A DNA stretch of 64,000 nt, taken from assembly GCA_035524335.1 (NCBI GenBank), contig DATKPE010000029.1, positions 64,918-128,917 on the forward strand, read 5' to 3'. Under the pieces are notes generated by a model, which saw nothing but the letters and a program-made list of their open reading frames with translations, made no database searches and was not told the DNA's origin. A program made the translations under genes and the position numbers. Below, one piece after another: positions 61,571-64,000 of the stretch; positions within the stretch are counted from its first letter, which is position 1, and every line of letters begins with the position of its first letter. The DNA is from Bacteroidota bacterium (GTDB lineage: Bacteria > Bacteroidota > Ignavibacteria > UBA10030 > SZUA-254).

Positions 61571-62492
61571 TCAAGCCGAGGATCGCCGCGCCGAACGCGG
61601 CGGGAAATTTCGGCCGCTGAACGACGACCTGCGGCAGTGAACTGAGAATCTTGTCGCGCACCATCTTGGCGTAAACGTTGTCGGCATCGAGAACGCCTCC
61701 CATCAGCGCGACTGGGAGTTTCTTCCGCGGACGCACTTGCATGACGAGAACGCGGACCTGATCGGACAGATCGGAGGCGTTTTTGATGAGGAGAAGATGC
61801 GACTGCCGGTCCCGTTCGGCGACGGCTTCAAACACTTTCGGCGTGAACGATGCAATATCGGCGTGATCGTAGTAGATCTTTGTGAGAAGTTCCTCGGGGG
61901 ACGCGGCGCCGAAATGCGCCAGCGCTTTTTGCGTCAGGACCGTTTTTTCACCCCGGCCGTCGACCTGCCGGTAAACCGCCGCCAGGGCGTCCCGTGCGAT
62001 CGCATACCCGCTTCCTTCGTCGCCGAGCAGTTTGCCCCAGCCGCCAGCCCGCAGGATTTTATCTTCCTCGGTCCGGTAGAGCACGATCGATCCGGTGCCG
62101 GCCACCACGACGATCCCGGGCCCGCTCGCAAACGCGGCCTCGAGCGCGATGCGCGCATCGGTCTCCACGCGCACCTGTTTGAGGGGGAATTTCTTTTTCT
62201 GGCTGTGAGCGAGAAGTCCGTCGATGAACTCGGCCCGCTCGGCCGATCTTCCGGCGCCTGCGAGGCCTGTGACAACGTTGGCGATGGTGGAGGAATCGAG
62301 AGTGAGTTTCTGGGCACACTCATGGACGAGATCGAAAACCGTCGAAACCGCCTGGCGGACGCCGACGGTAAGGAGATTGGACGGACCGCCGGAGGCCTCG
62401 GCGTGAACCGTACCGTCCATTCCCACCAGAATTGCATCGGTTTTGCTCCCCCCACCGTCAATTCCTACGATGTACTGCTTGGCTTCGCCCAA
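61557..62492 (-). CDS. BadF/BadG/BcrA/BcrD-type ATPase (N-acetylglucosamine kinase-like)
   Basis: YIVGIDGGGSKTDAILV N-terminal ATPase motif; 311 aa. Confidence 0.6.
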   Translation of the reverse strand: MGEAKQYIVGIDGGGSKTDAILVGMDGTVHAEASGGPSNLLTVGVRQAVSTVFDLVHECAQKLTLDSSTIANVVTGLAGAGRSAERAEFIDGLLAHSQKKKFPLKQVRVETDARIALEAAFASGPGIVVVAGTGSIVLYRTEEDKILRAGGWGKLLGDEGSGYAIARDALAAVYRQVDGRGEKTVLTQKALAHFGAASPEELLTKIYYDHADIASFTPKVFEAVAERDRQSHLLLIKNASDLSDQVRVLVMQVRPRKKLPVALMGGVLDADNVYAKMVRDKILSSLPQVVVQRPKFPAAFGAAILGLNAFR

Positions 62493-62623
62493 AGATCCAT
62501 TCCGACAGAATGATGTGATACGGCCTGAAATTCAGGCGATAAGGTATCAAAATTGGCCGTGAGATGCAACAGATCGGATCCCGGCGTCACACGGATGATT
62601 GACAACGATGGAAGGATGAATCT

Positions 62624-63517
62624 TCAATGAACCGGATAGATCCGGCCCGAGGCGGCGGCAAGCGTATTGGACATCAGCATTGCGATGGTCATCGGTCCCA
62701 CACCCCCGGGAACCGGCGAGATCGCAGATGCGACCTCAGCCGCGGACGGAAAATCGACGTCGCCGGCGATCCTGTATCCGCCCTTCGACGCGGCGTCGGG
62801 CACCCGGTTGATGCCGACGTCGATCACCACCGCGCCCGGTTTCATCATCTCCCCGGTCAGGAACCCCGGCCGGCCGATCGCCGCGATGAGAATGTCGGCG
62901 TCGCGGGTGTACCGGCGCAGATCCGCGGCACCGGTGTGGGCGATGGTGACGACGGCGTTCGCTCCGGGCTGTTTCTGGAACAGCATGTTTGCCAGCGGCT
63001 TGCCGACAATGTTGCTCCTGCCGACGATGACGACATGCCTCCCCGAAGGATCGTTCCCGCTTCGCAGAAGCATCTCCTGCACACCGAGCGGCGTGCACGG
63101 CCTGAAGCATGGAGCCCCGGCGAGAAGACGTCCCGCGTTCACGGGATGAAATCCGTCGACATCCTTTCTGTAATCGACCGCGTCGATAACGGCGGCTTCG
63201 TCGATATGCCGCGGGAGAGGAAGCTGAACCAGAATTCCGTGAATGCGCGAATCCATGTTATACCTGTGGATCTGCTGGAGCAATTCACCCTGCGTGATCG
63301 TTTCGGGAAGACGGGATGTGACGGAGTACCATCCGAGTTCGGTGCAGGTCCTTCCCTTCATCTTCACGTAGGACTCGGATGCGGGATGGTCGCCGACCAG
63401 GATGAAGGCGAGTCCGGGCACGATCTCTTTTCCGGCCCGGAGTCGGTCGGCGGCGCTTTTCACCTCGCCGAGGATTTCCGCGGCCATTCGCTTACCGTCG
63501 ATCAGAGTGGCAGGCAT
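62624..63517 (-). CDS. folD: bifunctional methylenetetrahydrofolate dehydrogenase / methenyltetrahydrofolate cyclohydrolase
   Basis: N-terminal MPATLIDGKRMAAEI...; FolD-specific YVKMKGRTC; GRSNIVGKP NADP site. Confidence 0.85.
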   Translation of the reverse strand: MPATLIDGKRMAAEILGEVKSAADRLRAGKEIVPGLAFILVGDHPASESYVKMKGRTCTELGWYSVTSRLPETITQGELLQQIHRYNMDSRIHGILVQLPLPRHIDEAAVIDAVDYRKDVDGFHPVNAGRLLAGAPCFRPCTPLGVQEMLLRSGNDPSGRHVVIVGRSNIVGKPLANMLFQKQPGANAVVTIAHTGAADLRRYTRDADILIAAIGRPGFLTGEMMKPGAVVIDVGINRVPDAASKGGYRIAGDVDFPSAAEVASAISPVPGGVGPMTIAMLMSNTLAAASGRIYPVH

Positions 63518-63527
63518 CGCGAACCGG

Positions 63528-64000
63528 TCAGATAAATGCGGGATAGATGAAACTCTCGAACTTCAGCGCTTTGCCGGTTTCGCCATCGACCTGCAGGTAG
63601 ACGCCGCAGAGGCGGACGTCGAACGTCGCCATTTCGTACTTGTAGGGCGTCTGGTGAAGGAAGCGGCGGATGGCGATATCCTTCTTGAGTCCGATCACGG
63701 AATCGTACGGTCCTGTCATCCCGACGTCGGTGATATAGGCGGTGCCGGCGGGCAGAATCCGGGCGTCGGCTGTCTGGATATGCGTGTGGGTGCCGACGAG
63801 CGCGGAAACCTTCCCGTCGAGGAACCAGCCGAGAGCGACCTTTTCGGCGGTCGCCTCGGCGTGCATATCGACGAAAATCACATTTGTCTGCTCGCGGATT
63901 TTACCGACCGCCCATTCCGCCTTCTTGAACGGGCAATCGATGGGCTGCATGTAGACTCTCCCCTGCAGGTTCAGAACGCCGACTTTGCCCTTGTCGCCGA
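63528..64000 (-). CDS. ymdB: YmdB-like metallophosphoesterase (2',3'-cyclic-nucleotide phosphodiesterase family), 3' portion; N-terminus beyond window end
   Basis: Reading frame stays open to the window edge (…GDKGKVGVLNLQGRVYMQPIDCPF…). Blocks near-identical to B. subtilis YmdB from memory (IFVDMHAEATAEKVALG, VGTHTHIQTADARILPAGTAYITDVGMTGPYD). Confidence 0.75.
   Translation of the reverse strand, partial: GDKGKVGVLNLQGRVYMQPIDCPFKKAEWAVGKIREQTNVIFVDMHAEATAEKVALGWFLDGKVSALVGTHTHIQTADARILPAGTAYITDVGMTGPYDSVIGLKKDIAIRRFLHQTPYKYEMATFDVRLCGVYLQVDGETGKALKFESFIYPAFI

Overview
This is a 64-kb high-GC (roughly 60-65%), very compact bacterial chromosomal segment. I call about 52 protein-coding genes, with no rRNA, tRNA or CRISPR arrays found. 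About 47 kb (16686-64000) is transcribed almost entirely from the minus strand, and many genes overlap by 1-4 nt (TAATG/TGATG stop-start overlaps or the 4-nt ATGA form), which suggests long operons. A single plus-strand block lies at 9918-16667. Most content is housekeeping: nuoG/H/I, dnaG, recG, smc, ppdK, tpiA, sucC, folD, the lipid A genes lpxB/lpxK, cdsA, gpsA/plsY, ispD, queA, rnhB/yraN and cstA. DUF1573, GWxTD and DUF3108-like proteins point to an FCB-superphylum-like Gram-negative bacterium (inference). The most interesting locus is a four-gene operon at 31113-35023 with its own sigma70-like promoter. It encodes a KamA-type lysine 2,3-aminomutase, a GNAT acetyltransferase and two paralogous D-Ala-D-Ala-ligase-type ATP-grasp ligases. 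I interpret it as a candidate pathway for a beta-lysine-derived N-acetylated peptide or osmolyte. Other points: a plus-strand operon mixing a PaaA-like diiron oxygenase, beta-oxidation-type enzymes (one a catalytically dead Hbd paralog), a secreted M1 peptidase and tandem DUF1573 proteins; a 580-bp low-GC ORF-free interval with a perfect 11-3-11 palindrome upstream of rocA/pruA; an intergenic plus-strand terminator suggesting an sRNA; and a GH2-like hydrolase fused to a polytopic membrane domain whose signal peptide is only reachable through a non-canonical start.
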